IMG/VR virus record: IMGVR_UViG_3300007094_000013
Location: 1-53,592 of that record
Source of the DNA: a virus
Taxonomy: Duplodnaviria > Caudoviricetes
Direction: 5' to 3' (one strand)
Length of the DNA stretch: 53,592 nt
Shown here: one piece after another, positions 1-8,391 of the stretch
How the letters are laid out: every line of letters starts with the position of its first letter
Position numbering within the stretch: the stretch's first letter is position 1
The notes under the pieces: generated by a model
Told to the model about the DNA's origin: nothing
What the model saw: only the letters and a program-made list of their open reading frames with translations
Database searches by the model: none
Translations under genes and position numbers: made by a program

Positions 1-35
1 TCTCGGAGGTCAAGGCACAGTGCCGCGTCGACCAC
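1..35. repeat. Terminal direct repeat (assembly circularity overlap), identical to 53558-53592
   Basis: tctcggaggtcaaggcacagtgccgcgtcgaccac occurs at both ends, and an ORF reads in frame across the junction. Confidence 0.95.
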
Positions 36-575
36 GACGAGGAGGACGATCTGCTGGCCGGCCACATTCAAGCGGCGCGCGAGTATTGCGAGAAGCGAAC
101 CGACAGGTGCTTCATCGACACCCGTCTGGAGATGCAGTTGGACAAGTTTCCGAGCGAAGTAGAAGTGCGGCTCCCACGACCGCCGTTCTCTCCGACGCCG
201 GGGAGGCAGACCATCGAGGTGCAGTACCTCGACACGTCGCTCCAGACGCAGAGCATCTACGAAGCGTCGCCAAGCATGGTATCCACGGGGGCACAGTTCC
301 TCGCCAGCCGCTCCGCGTCGCCGGCAATCCTCACTCCCAACATGAACGGATATTGGCCTGCCGTTGGGCCGCTCCGTAGTGCCATCACGATTCGGTGGTG
401 GGCCGGCTACGGTGCCGCTCCGCAAGACGTACCGCGTGGTCTTCGCAACGCGATCCTCGCTTTGGCGGCCCACTGGTATCTCACCAGAGAGGCGGTCACG
501 ACCGGAAGCATGGCGAAGGTGCCGTTGATGGTGGACGAAATGTTGGCAATCCATTCATGGGGGTCATACGCATGA
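3..575 (+). CDS. Head-tail connector (HK97 gp6-like), 3' part; gene starts at 53452
   Basis: Joined translation EPVLLSEVKAQCRVDHDEEDDLLAGHIQAAREYCE...AGYG...AILALAAHWYLTRE; follows the capsid gene. Confidence 0.85.
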   Translation, partial: SEVKAQCRVDHDEEDDLLAGHIQAAREYCEKRTDRCFIDTRLEMQLDKFPSEVEVRLPRPPFSPTPGRQTIEVQYLDTSLQTQSIYEASPSMVSTGAQFLASRSASPAILTPNMNGYWPAVGPLRSAITIRWWAGYGAAPQDVPRGLRNAILALAAHWYLTREAVTTGSMAKVPLMVDEMLAIHSWGSYA

Positions 576-967
576 GCGTCGAAGGTCGCGTGTCACTCAT
601 CCTCGCGATGCAGGAGACGACCACGGGGTGCTTCCCGTCACTGACAACCTACGCCTCCACGGTGGAGCGGTATGTCAACGCAACGGGCACCAAGGTGTTC
701 TCCGCGTGCGGGACGGTAGCCGGAACTGCAACGACTCTCAACGTGCCGGCCACGCTCACGAAGGTGTTTTACTGGCTCGTCGAGAACACCAGCACCGCAA
801 CCACCGGCACCGCAGACGTGATCGTCGCCGGCGGCCCCATCAACGGAACTATCCCACGCGGCAGTCTCCTGTTCAGCACGAACGGAGCGGCCGGGTGGAC
901 GCCAGCAAGCGTGACCATCACCGGCACGTCTGGGACTCCGTATAAGGTCATCGCCGTCGGGGAGTAG
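572..967 (+). CDS. Hypothetical virion protein (Thr/Gly-rich)
   Basis: ATG overlaps the upstream TGA (ATGA); lies within the head-tail module. Confidence 0.6.
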   Translation: MSVEGRVSLILAMQETTTGCFPSLTTYASTVERYVNATGTKVFSACGTVAGTATTLNVPATLTKVFYWLVENTSTATTGTADVIVAGGPINGTIPRGSLLFSTNGAAGWTPASVTITGTSGTPYKVIAVGE

Positions 968-969
968 TC

Positions 970-1308
970 ATGCCGCTGCCCGCCGGAGTGATGAACCAAC
1001 GCGTGACCATCGAACGTCTCAAGCAGCAGGCTGCGGGGCGGTTCGGGGAGAAGATCACAACGTCAAACCAGTGGGACGCAGTCCGCACCGTGTGGGCGAA
1101 CGTAATGTCCATGACCGCGAACGAACTCCTGCAAAGCGACAGGTCGCAGGCGTTCATTCAATACCGTGTTCGGATCCGCACCGTGCCGGAACTGCGTGCG
1201 AAAGACCGGCTCAGATGGGCGGGGCGAGTGTTGAACATCCAAGGCATCCAACTGCGTGGCCTGCGGCGTGAAGAACAGGAAATCCTCTGCTCGGAGGAGA
1301 CCCTCTGA
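970..1308 (+). CDS. Head closure / head-tail adaptor (SPP1 gp16-like)
   Basis: MNQRVTIER...TVWANV...YRVRIR...DRLRWAGRVLNI pattern; position. Confidence 0.85.
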   Translation: MPLPAGVMNQRVTIERLKQQAAGRFGEKITTSNQWDAVRTVWANVMSMTANELLQSDRSQAFIQYRVRIRTVPELRAKDRLRWAGRVLNIQGIQLRGLRREEQEILCSEETL

Positions 1309-1898
1309 TGGGCTTCATGGACGGCCCCGTCTACTCGACACGCACCGGCTTCGGCGGTGACAAGTCGAACAGTGTCCGCGTCGAGGGTGCAGAGGAACTC
1401 ATCGCCCGCCTCATGGCCTGCCCGGGCACGGTGGGCACGCGGTATCTGCGGCAGGCCGTCGCCGCCGCGATGCGGCCCATGACGGCGCAACTGCTGGCGA
1501 ACACGCCGCAAGGCCCGAGCGGAAGTCTTCGCGCCGCCGTGGCCCAGAAGGTCAAACTGTATCCCACGGGAACGGCGTTCGGAATCGTGGGGTATCAGCG
1601 GGCTGTCTCATTACAGACCTATGACAACAAGGGATTCCATTCGCATCTGCTGGAGTTCGGCACGAAGGAACGAGTGCCGCGCCGCAAGCCGTTTCTCTCG
1701 TCGTACCGAATCGCCGGCTGGAGGCCGCCGGGGTGGCGGGGTGCGTGGCCGTTCCGCGCCAAGATTGTAAGGCCGGCGCGTGCCAGACACCCGATGCAGC
1801 GGGCCTACGAGGCCACGGCGGCACAGTGCAAGAGCATCCTAGAGTCGGAGATGGCGAAGGCGTTGCAGCGGGCACTCGAAAAAACCGGAGGGGCGTGA
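1308..1898 (+). CDS. HK97 gp10-like tail component
   Basis: VEGAEEL...SGSLR...HLLEFGT...HPMQRAYE motifs. Confidence 0.8.
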   Translation: MGFMDGPVYSTRTGFGGDKSNSVRVEGAEELIARLMACPGTVGTRYLRQAVAAAMRPMTAQLLANTPQGPSGSLRAAVAQKVKLYPTGTAFGIVGYQRAVSLQTYDNKGFHSHLLEFGTKERVPRRKPFLSSYRIAGWRPPGWRGAWPFRAKIVRPARARHPMQRAYEATAAQCKSILESEMAKALQRALEKTGGA

Positions 1899-1899
1899 G

Positions 1900-2334
1900 A
1901 TGACTCCGGCAATCGAGGAGTTCGTTTACTGGCGGCTCGTGTCAGACCCGCGGACGGCACAGTGGTTCGGGTTTCGCGTGACGCCCGTCGTGGCGGAACA
2001 GAACTCAATGGTCACGCCGGATGGAGACATTCTGCCGTTCGCCACGTACCGACTCGTCAGCGTTCAGCGGGAACAAGTTCTCGACCTGTCCAGTGCCGAC
2101 GCCCCGATGGTGCAAGTGGCGGTGGACTGTTACGCCGGGACATACCACGCCGCCAAGGCCGCTGCGGCCGCAGTTCGTGACGTGATTCACAAAGCGACGG
2201 AACCGGGATTCGGCACTAGGCTGCTGGTATCCCTGCACAAGACGGAGCAGGACGACATCGCCATCCCTGTCAACGGACGGGAGGTGCCGATCTACTCCGT
2301 CACACAGACGTTCGAGTTCCTGTTCGAGGCGTAA
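1900..2334 (+). CDS. Tail terminator / completion protein (DUF3168-like)
   Basis: LPFATY...VAVDCYAGTY..AKAAAAAVR pattern; position after the gp10-like gene. Confidence 0.7.
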   Translation: MTPAIEEFVYWRLVSDPRTAQWFGFRVTPVVAEQNSMVTPDGDILPFATYRLVSVQREQVLDLSSADAPMVQVAVDCYAGTYHAAKAAAAAVRDVIHKATEPGFGTRLLVSLHKTEQDDIAIPVNGREVPIYSVTQTFEFLFEA

Positions 2335-2338
2335 AACC

Positions 2339-2680
2339 ATGCCATACGGTCTCGCTGCTCTGCCGACAACCGGCCCCGCCATTCCGGCCGGTGCCCAGAA
2401 AGTTTCTCTCAAGGACATCGACACAAGCGGCGGCACGTCCAAGGTGGACGTGACTGTGCTTGGCGACTCCGAGAAGAAATACGAGACGCCGCCGCTCAAC
2501 GACGTATCCAACGCCGCCACGGCCACGTGCTCGGCCTCGGGTCTTCTCAAGAGCAACACCTCTCTCGCCACCACGGCCACCACGGTGAAGACCGGATGGA
2601 TCTGCGAAGACTTCGAGAAGACGTACGAGGCCGGCAAGTACGCGACGTGGAGCGCGAACTGGTCGTACTACCCCGCGTGA
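2339..2680 (+). CDS. Small tail-tube-like protein 1
   Basis: KVDVTVLGD..K.Y motif and beta-rich C-terminus; sits where the tail tube gene is expected. Confidence 0.5.
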   Translation: MPYGLAALPTTGPAIPAGAQKVSLKDIDTSGGTSKVDVTVLGDSEKKYETPPLNDVSNAATATCSASGLLKSNTSLATTATTVKTGWICEDFEKTYEAGKYATWSANWSYYPA

Positions 2681-2712
2681 CCGTGACAACTCACTGACAA
2701 GGAGACACCGCC

Positions 2713-3081
2713 ATGCCCGATCCCGCTCCCACGTTCACGTCGTCACAGGGGTTCACCGCCTTCGGCGTCAACGACGTCAAGAAGTGTACGGTCAAGAAGA
2801 CTCGCAACACCAGCGACAACAAGTTGGACGCCTCCACTCTCGCGCTCGCGCACGGCGCGGACAGGTCGTACGAGGACGGCCTGACTGACAACGGCCCGAA
2901 CGGCGGCACGGACGGCATGGTCGTCACGGTGTCGATGGAGGGCTTCGGAACCGGCCCAACCAAGGGAAGCACCATCACGGCCGAAGGAAAGACGTGCAAG
3001 TGCATGGACGTGACCAAGGATCACAACGTCGGAGAACTCAAGATGTGGTCGGCCAGTTACACGTCCGACTATCCGACCTGA
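2713..3081 (+). CDS. Small tail-tube-like protein 2
   Basis: AAGGAG RBS; KLDASTL...SYEDGLTDNG...NVGELKMWSASY. Confidence 0.55.
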   Translation: MPDPAPTFTSSQGFTAFGVNDVKKCTVKKTRNTSDNKLDASTLALAHGADRSYEDGLTDNGPNGGTDGMVVTVSMEGFGTGPTKGSTITAEGKTCKCMDVTKDHNVGELKMWSASYTSDYPT

Positions 3082-3101
3082 CGTAGCCGCCGGAGGCGGT
3101 T

Positions 3102-3506
3102 ATGCCTACACCATCCTCGCATCCTTGCATAGCAACGTGGGGCGGTGCGCAGGCCTTATACCTGACATCGTTCAAGGTGACGCCCGGCTCTGCCGTGCTT
3201 GCTGACGTGACGAACGTCACGATGGCCGTGATTGGCAAGGGCACGATTCAGGCGAGGGCGGTGTTGCAGTATGAATGCACGGCCATCGACCCCGGCAGCG
3301 TTGACTTGGCGTTTTACGGCACGAACGGATTCAGAGTAGGCCAGATCGGCGCAGTTGCACCACTCACGGTTTCCTACAGTGGCGGTGCCATCTCGTTCCC
3401 GGCAATCCTCGAAACATTTGACGTGACGGGTAACGTCGGAGAGTTCCTCAAAGGGACGGCCCGCTTCCGATTCAATGGCTCACCGACCTACTGGAGTTCA
3501 CCATGA
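3102..3506 (+). CDS. Small tail-tube-like protein 3
   Basis: GGAGG RBS; ADVTN...IDPGSVDL...NVGEFLKGTARFRF. Confidence 0.55.
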   Translation: MPTPSSHPCIATWGGAQALYLTSFKVTPGSAVLADVTNVTMAVIGKGTIQARAVLQYECTAIDPGSVDLAFYGTNGFRVGQIGAVAPLTVSYSGGAISFPAILETFDVTGNVGEFLKGTARFRFNGSPTYWSSP

Positions 3507-3841
3507 CCGCCGCGTTTGATTGCACCTACGACTCCGAGATTGTCACTCTCACGCCGCCCGGCATGAGCAAGCCTGTTCATCTCCGCTACCCGACGTTCGC
3601 GGAATGGATGACGCTCGTACACGACCACCAAGGCCTCGACAAGAAGACGCCGCCGGCAGAGACGGTGGCAAGGACAATCGCCACGTGCCTCTGCGACGAG
3701 GGCGGCAAGCCCGTCGGCAAGGACGTGACGGCCAGTGTTCTCAAGGCCAGCCCTCGCGTTGTCATGTGGCTGTATCAGCGGTGCTGGGAGACAGTGCTGC
3801 GGAGCGACGATGAGACAATCAAGGAGAAGGAAAAAAACTAA
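3503..3841 (+). CDS. Tail assembly chaperone (gpG-like)
   Basis: Precedes the tape measure gene; ends in slippery A AAA AAC TAA. Confidence 0.75.
   Translation: MTAAFDCTYDSEIVTLTPPGMSKPVHLRYPTFAEWMTLVHDHQGLDKKTPPAETVARTIATCLCDEGGKPVGKDVTASVLKASPRVVMWLYQRCWETVLRSDDETIKEKEKN
3832..3838 (+). promoter_or_regulatory. Programmed -1 frameshift slippery heptamer AAAAAAC
   Basis: X XXY YYZ pattern; the -1 frame is open from 3838 (LKSQSGALDLFVYRL...) to 4164. Confidence 0.8.
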
Positions 3842-4164
3842 AAAGCCAGTCGGGCGCACTCGACCTGTTCGTGTACCGGCTGGCCGCACACCACCGAATC
3901 CCCGAGCCGGAAAAGTGGAAACGAACAGTCACACTCCGGCAGATTGAAAAGTGGTTCGCCTACTGGAAGGTGGAGCCGTTCGGAAACGATTGGGACAGGA
4001 CAGCACGACAGACACTATTCATTCTCAAAGCACTTGGAGCCGGTGTTGACGCCAGTTTCGTGGAGACATTCCTGCCCAACTACGACCCAGATCGCGTGAT
4101 GACAGAGGAAGAAATGGCCGCGGAGTTGACCAAGTTTGCACGACTGTTCCAGCCGCCAGAGTAA
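3838..4164 (+). CDS. Tail assembly chaperone gpT part (G-T fusion by frameshift)
   Basis: WFAYWKVEPFG motif; -1 frame relative to the upstream gene. Confidence 0.75.
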   Translation, partial: LKSQSGALDLFVYRLAAHHRIPEPEKWKRTVTLRQIEKWFAYWKVEPFGNDWDRTARQTLFILKALGAGVDASFVETFLPNYDPDRVMTEEEMAAELTKFARLFQPPE

Positions 4165-4167
4165 ACG

Positions 4168-6951
4168 ATGGCCCAGATCGGAAGTGTCAATGCCGTTTTC
4201 ACCGCTTCGACAAGCGGGCTGACGCAGGGCATCGGTGCCGCTGCCCGGGCCTTTCGTTCCCTTGGCGGCGACTCAGCGGCACTCAACGCGTCCCTCAATC
4301 AACTCAACACACTCCAACTCAAAGGATTTGAGAACATCGGCCCGGCGGCAACGGCCGCCGGCGCGGCCTTCGCCAGCATCTCGTCCAATGCCACGCAGTT
4401 GCGGGAGCAACTCAAGGCGGGGGCAATCACGTCGGATCAGTTCCGTGACTCGATGGCGCAACTGACGCAGCAGGCGTCGGTGCAAGCACAGGTGTTCGCC
4501 GCCGGCGCGGCTACGACGCAACGGTTCGTGACGGCCGAGGAGACGTTCGCAGCAACGTCGTCTAGCCTGCGGCAGCAACTCGACGCCGGTGCCATCTCGA
4601 CCGCCACGTTCGACCGTGCGATGGAGGCGGCGCAGTCCACCCTCAACGATGCCACCGGGGTGACGGCCGCCGCCGCTGCTGCCGCCCGCGAACAAGCCGA
4701 GGCCATGTCCAGAGGCGCGGCTATCACGGCCAGCGTGGCCTCAGCAGAGGAGCGACACGCGGCTCGCGTTGCCGAGTTGCAGGCCGCCCTCGACGCCGGC
4801 ACTATCTCCACGGAGACGTTCAACCGGGCCACGGCGGCGGCACAGGCCACGCTCAATGAGGCCACGGGCGTCACGGCTGCGGCGGCCGCCGCAACTCGGG
4901 CGCAGGCCGAAGCGGCGGCGGCCGGGGCCGCCATCACCGCCAGCGTGGCGACTGCACAGGAGCGGTACGCCGCACGCATAACGGAGTTGCAGACCGCCCT
5001 CGACGCCGGCACTATCTCGTCAGAGACGTTCGCACGGGCGTCGGCCGCCGCGCAGGCCACGCTCGACGAAGCCACCGGCGTCACCGCCGCTGCCGCTGCT
5101 GCTGCCCGCGAACTGGAGGCCACCCGTCGTGCCGGCGAACAGGCCACCAACGCGGTGATGACAGCGGACGAGCGGTACTCCGCTCGCGTGCAAGAACTCA
5201 ACGGGCTTCTCGCAGCAGGCGTCATCACGCAGCAGACGTACGACCGCTCCGTGGCGGCGGCCAGCACGACGCTTGAGAACGCGTCTGGTTTGACCGCTGC
5301 CGCCGCAGCCGCAGAGCGGGCGCGTGCAGCGGTGGTCGACCGCGGAGCGGCCGTTACACGCGAAGCACGCACGGCGACGGAGGTGTACGGGGACAGGATG
5401 GCCGAACTGCGGTCGCTGCTGGCCGCCGGTGCGATCACGCAGCAGACCTTCGCCCGTGCAACAGAGCAGGCCCGCACCCAGATGCGGCAGGCCGCCGCCG
5501 CCGCCAACAGCGCGTCGGGCGGCGTGGACAGCCTTGGCAAGAAACTCAACGCACTCATCGGCATTGAGATCGCCAAGTTCTTCACGTCGTTCGTGTCCTA
5601 TGTCTCGCAGGCTGTAAGGTCGCTCATCTCGTTCGGGCTTGCCGAGGGCGAGGCGGTTGACAAGACAAGCAAACTGGCCGCCCGCCTTGGCATGACGTAT
5701 GGAGAACTGGCGTCCATTGGGGTCGCCGGCGAGTTGGCTGGAGTGTCGCTTGAGCAGATCGGGGCGGCGGCGACCAAGGCTGACGTCGCGTTCGTAAAGG
5801 CCGCCAACGGATCCAAGGAAGCCGCCGCCAAGTTCGCCACGCTCGGCCTCAACGTCCAACAGTTGGCCGGCATGAACGCAGCGGACAGGTTCAACACCAT
5901 CGCACAGTCGATCGCCGCGTTGCCGACCGAGGCTGAGAGGGCCGCCGCGGCGGTGGCGATCTTCGGCCGAAGCGGTGCGGAACTCATGCCGCTGTTCAAT
6001 GGCGGTGCCGAGGCTATTCGTCAGGCAAGCGAGGACGCGAAGGCGTTTGGATTGAATCTGACAACGGCACAAGGCGAAGACGTAGAGGCGATGAACGACG
6101 CCTTCACGCGGGCGGGAAACGCGATCCAAGGCATTGTTCAACAGATTGTCGCGTACCTCGCGCCGGCCGTCACGGCGGTTACAGAGCAGTTTTCAAACTT
6201 CATCGCCAGCGTGGGCGGCGCGAACATCGGCCAACTCATCGGAGACGGAATCCTGCAGGGGGCGGAGTACCTTGCCGGCGTTGGCGATTGGATCATCGCG
6301 AATATGTCTTCGGTGTTTCAGTACCTCTCGGCAGTCGGGGAACAACTAGCGGCGGTGTGGGACATCGCCGGCCGCGTTGCTAGTTTTCTCTCTGGCGTGT
6401 TCAACGGTGCCGCCGCCATCTTTCGAATGATTATTCTTGGATTCTCTGGGACGTTTGAGGCACTGGCCCGCATCGCACAGAAGATCGGATCGTTCCTTGG
6501 ATTCGACACATCGTCACTTGACGCCATCGTCGCCGGGGCCGCCGCATTCAATGACACGTTGAGCGACGGTATCACGCAGAACCTTGCCGCCGCCCAGCAG
6601 GGATTCTCAGACGCGTTCTCAACCTCGGCGTCACAGGCTGGACAGGCGGTCGCTGGCCCGCTGACGACCGCGCTCAAGGCAGGCCGCGATGCCGCCAAAG
6701 CGTCTGCCGACGCCATCGACGAAGCCAAGACAGCCCCGGTCAGCCTCAAGCAAGACGTAGAGGTCACTGGAATCGCACAGGCTCTCAAGGGAGTTGATTC
6801 ACGCTCGAAGGAAGGCGTGGCCGAAATGTTCCGCCTCATGCGTGGCGACACCGGCAACGTGCAGGAACAGCAGTTGGATGCCCTCAACAAGATCGCCGAC
6901 AACACCTCCGGCATGGAGGACACGCCGGCGTTCGCACTTTCTGGAGCGTAG
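4168..6951 (+). CDS. Tape measure protein
   Basis: 927 aa, Ala-rich and helical; AAAAVAIFGRSGAELMPLF motif; follows the chaperones. Confidence 0.92.
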   Translation: MAQIGSVNAVFTASTSGLTQGIGAAARAFRSLGGDSAALNASLNQLNTLQLKGFENIGPAATAAGAAFASISSNATQLREQLKAGAITSDQFRDSMAQLTQQASVQAQVFAAGAATTQRFVTAEETFAATSSSLRQQLDAGAISTATFDRAMEAAQSTLNDATGVTAAAAAAAREQAEAMSRGAAITASVASAEERHAARVAELQAALDAGTISTETFNRATAAAQATLNEATGVTAAAAAATRAQAEAAAAGAAITASVATAQERYAARITELQTALDAGTISSETFARASAAAQATLDEATGVTAAAAAAARELEATRRAGEQATNAVMTADERYSARVQELNGLLAAGVITQQTYDRSVAAASTTLENASGLTAAAAAAERARAAVVDRGAAVTREARTATEVYGDRMAELRSLLAAGAITQQTFARATEQARTQMRQAAAAANSASGGVDSLGKKLNALIGIEIAKFFTSFVSYVSQAVRSLISFGLAEGEAVDKTSKLAARLGMTYGELASIGVAGELAGVSLEQIGAAATKADVAFVKAANGSKEAAAKFATLGLNVQQLAGMNAADRFNTIAQSIAALPTEAERAAAAVAIFGRSGAELMPLFNGGAEAIRQASEDAKAFGLNLTTAQGEDVEAMNDAFTRAGNAIQGIVQQIVAYLAPAVTAVTEQFSNFIASVGGANIGQLIGDGILQGAEYLAGVGDWIIANMSSVFQYLSAVGEQLAAVWDIAGRVASFLSGVFNGAAAIFRMIILGFSGTFEALARIAQKIGSFLGFDTSSLDAIVAGAAAFNDTLSDGITQNLAAAQQGFSDAFSTSASQAGQAVAGPLTTALKAGRDAAKASADAIDEAKTAPVSLKQDVEVTGIAQALKGVDSRSKEGVAEMFRLMRGDTGNVQEQQLDALNKIADNTSGMEDTPAFALSGA
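4500..5500 (+). repeat. About five tandem 70-aa (210-nt) repeats in the tape measure gene
   Basis: tcgacgccgg(c/t) recurs near 4580, 4790 and 5000; peptide L.AG.I..ETF.RA..AA..TL..ATGVTAAAAAA recurs. Confidence 0.85.
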
Positions 6952-6953
6952 CC

Positions 6954-7886
6954 GTGGCAGTTCAAGGTTGGCGTCGAATACTGGACGGCTCAGAGGTCAG
7001 CGGAAAGGTAGGAGAGTCCACGCAGGTAACGGAGCGGTGGATCATCAAAGTGGATGACCCGCTGACGAACAAACTTGAACTCATTGGCGCGGTGCCCGTG
7101 GGGTGGGGATCCGCACATTGGGAGTTCACCAACTGCAAGGCACAGGAGTTCACGCTAACGCCGACAGACAAGACCGGCATTCTGTGGATTCTCTCGGCAA
7201 AGTTTTACGTGCCGCCTCGCGACAAAAAACTCGACGAACTGGGGCGGATCAAAGATTTCTGGGAATGTAACGGCGGCACAACCACCGTCCCTCTCTTTCG
7301 CGACGTCACCGGCGCGTCGATTGTAAACGCCGCCGGAGACCCTCTGGAGTCGCTTGAGCGTGAGCGGCAAGAAGAATCATGGACTCTGACCAAGTATTAC
7401 GAAGACGACACGTGGATGGACGACCGTGCGGCATTCGACGGGCACATCAACTCCGAGTCGTGGGCCGGCGGCGCGGCAAAGACGTGGAAGTGCTATTTCA
7501 AGTCCGCACGTAAGAAAGAGGTGCAGGACGTGGACGTAAATGCCATAGCCTCAAGTGAGCCGGAGGGACAGCCCGAAGGTAACGGAGACCTGAGAGACAT
7601 CACATACGTCGAGACAGTGTGGGAGTTTCGGAAAGAACCGGACACGTGGAAAGCCAAGCCGTGGGACGTTGGTTTCATGGAGTTGGTCGGCGGTAAACGC
7701 AAGACAATCCTCGGGGACGACGGCAAGCCAGTGAAGCAGCCGGTCGGCTTGAATCCAAACGGTACGCGACAGACGCCCGGCAGCAAGCCGCTCGTCATCA
7801 ACAACGGCCAAGGCGTTGACATTTACCCTACTGCTGACTTCCAGACGCAGTTCGGTTCGCCGTTCATCTACACCGATCCGACGTAA
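6954..7886 (+). CDS. Putative distal tail protein
   Basis: 310-aa ORF directly after the tape measure gene; function inferred from position only. Confidence 0.55.
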   Translation: MAVQGWRRILDGSEVSGKVGESTQVTERWIIKVDDPLTNKLELIGAVPVGWGSAHWEFTNCKAQEFTLTPTDKTGILWILSAKFYVPPRDKKLDELGRIKDFWECNGGTTTVPLFRDVTGASIVNAAGDPLESLERERQEESWTLTKYYEDDTWMDDRAAFDGHINSESWAGGAAKTWKCYFKSARKKEVQDVDVNAIASSEPEGQPEGNGDLRDITYVETVWEFRKEPDTWKAKPWDVGFMELVGGKRKTILGDDGKPVKQPVGLNPNGTRQTPGSKPLVINNGQGVDIYPTADFQTQFGSPFIYTDPT

Positions 7887-7890
7887 TCAA

Positions 7891-8391
7891 ATGAGCGGCC
7901 CAGGCGACAGAAAAGTTTCATTCACCGAGTCGGCGGCAAGCCGCATCGCGGCCGCCACGCTCGCCTACGAGCGCGGCCGTCGCGATATGCCGGGCATCAA
8001 GTTTCGGCAGACAGGCGACGGCGACGGCGGCGGAAGCACCATACGGCTCGGCCAGTTCTCCGGCTCGTGGTACAACGAGCCGGGGGAGAGCGGTGCTGAC
8101 AACGTCAAACTCGTGAAACTGTACGTCCAGAACTCGGACGCCACCGGAGCAAACGATTGGGTGCCGGAACTGGACGGCGACGGCGAGGAGACGATTGCAG
8201 TCACCATCAACCTGTTCTCCCACATACCGACACGCAGCGGGAACGACTCGTACATGTGGTGTGCAGTAGTTCCAATCTCCGAAGTGTCTGGAGAGTATTG
8301 GGCAGGCGGATACGACTACATTGACGGCCAAGATGTCCCGCGAATGAAACCTTACACGCAACTCTGGCTTCTCCTTGCAGCGGAGTGCTGA
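7891..8391 (+). CDS. Hypothetical tail-module protein
   Basis: ATG 4 nt after the upstream stop; its stop overlaps the next ATG. Confidence 0.6.
   Translation: MSGPGDRKVSFTESAASRIAAATLAYERGRRDMPGIKFRQTGDGDGGGSTIRLGQFSGSWYNEPGESGADNVKLVKLYVQNSDATGANDWVPELDGDGEETIAVTINLFSHIPTRSGNDSYMWCAVVPISEVSGEYWAGGYDYIDGQDVPRMKPYTQLWLLLAAEC

Noticed and set aside
1-35. Biological terminal repeat
   Set aside because: It falls mid-gene and is k-mer sized, consistent with assembler circularisation; the HNH/terminase type suggests cos ends elsewhere.
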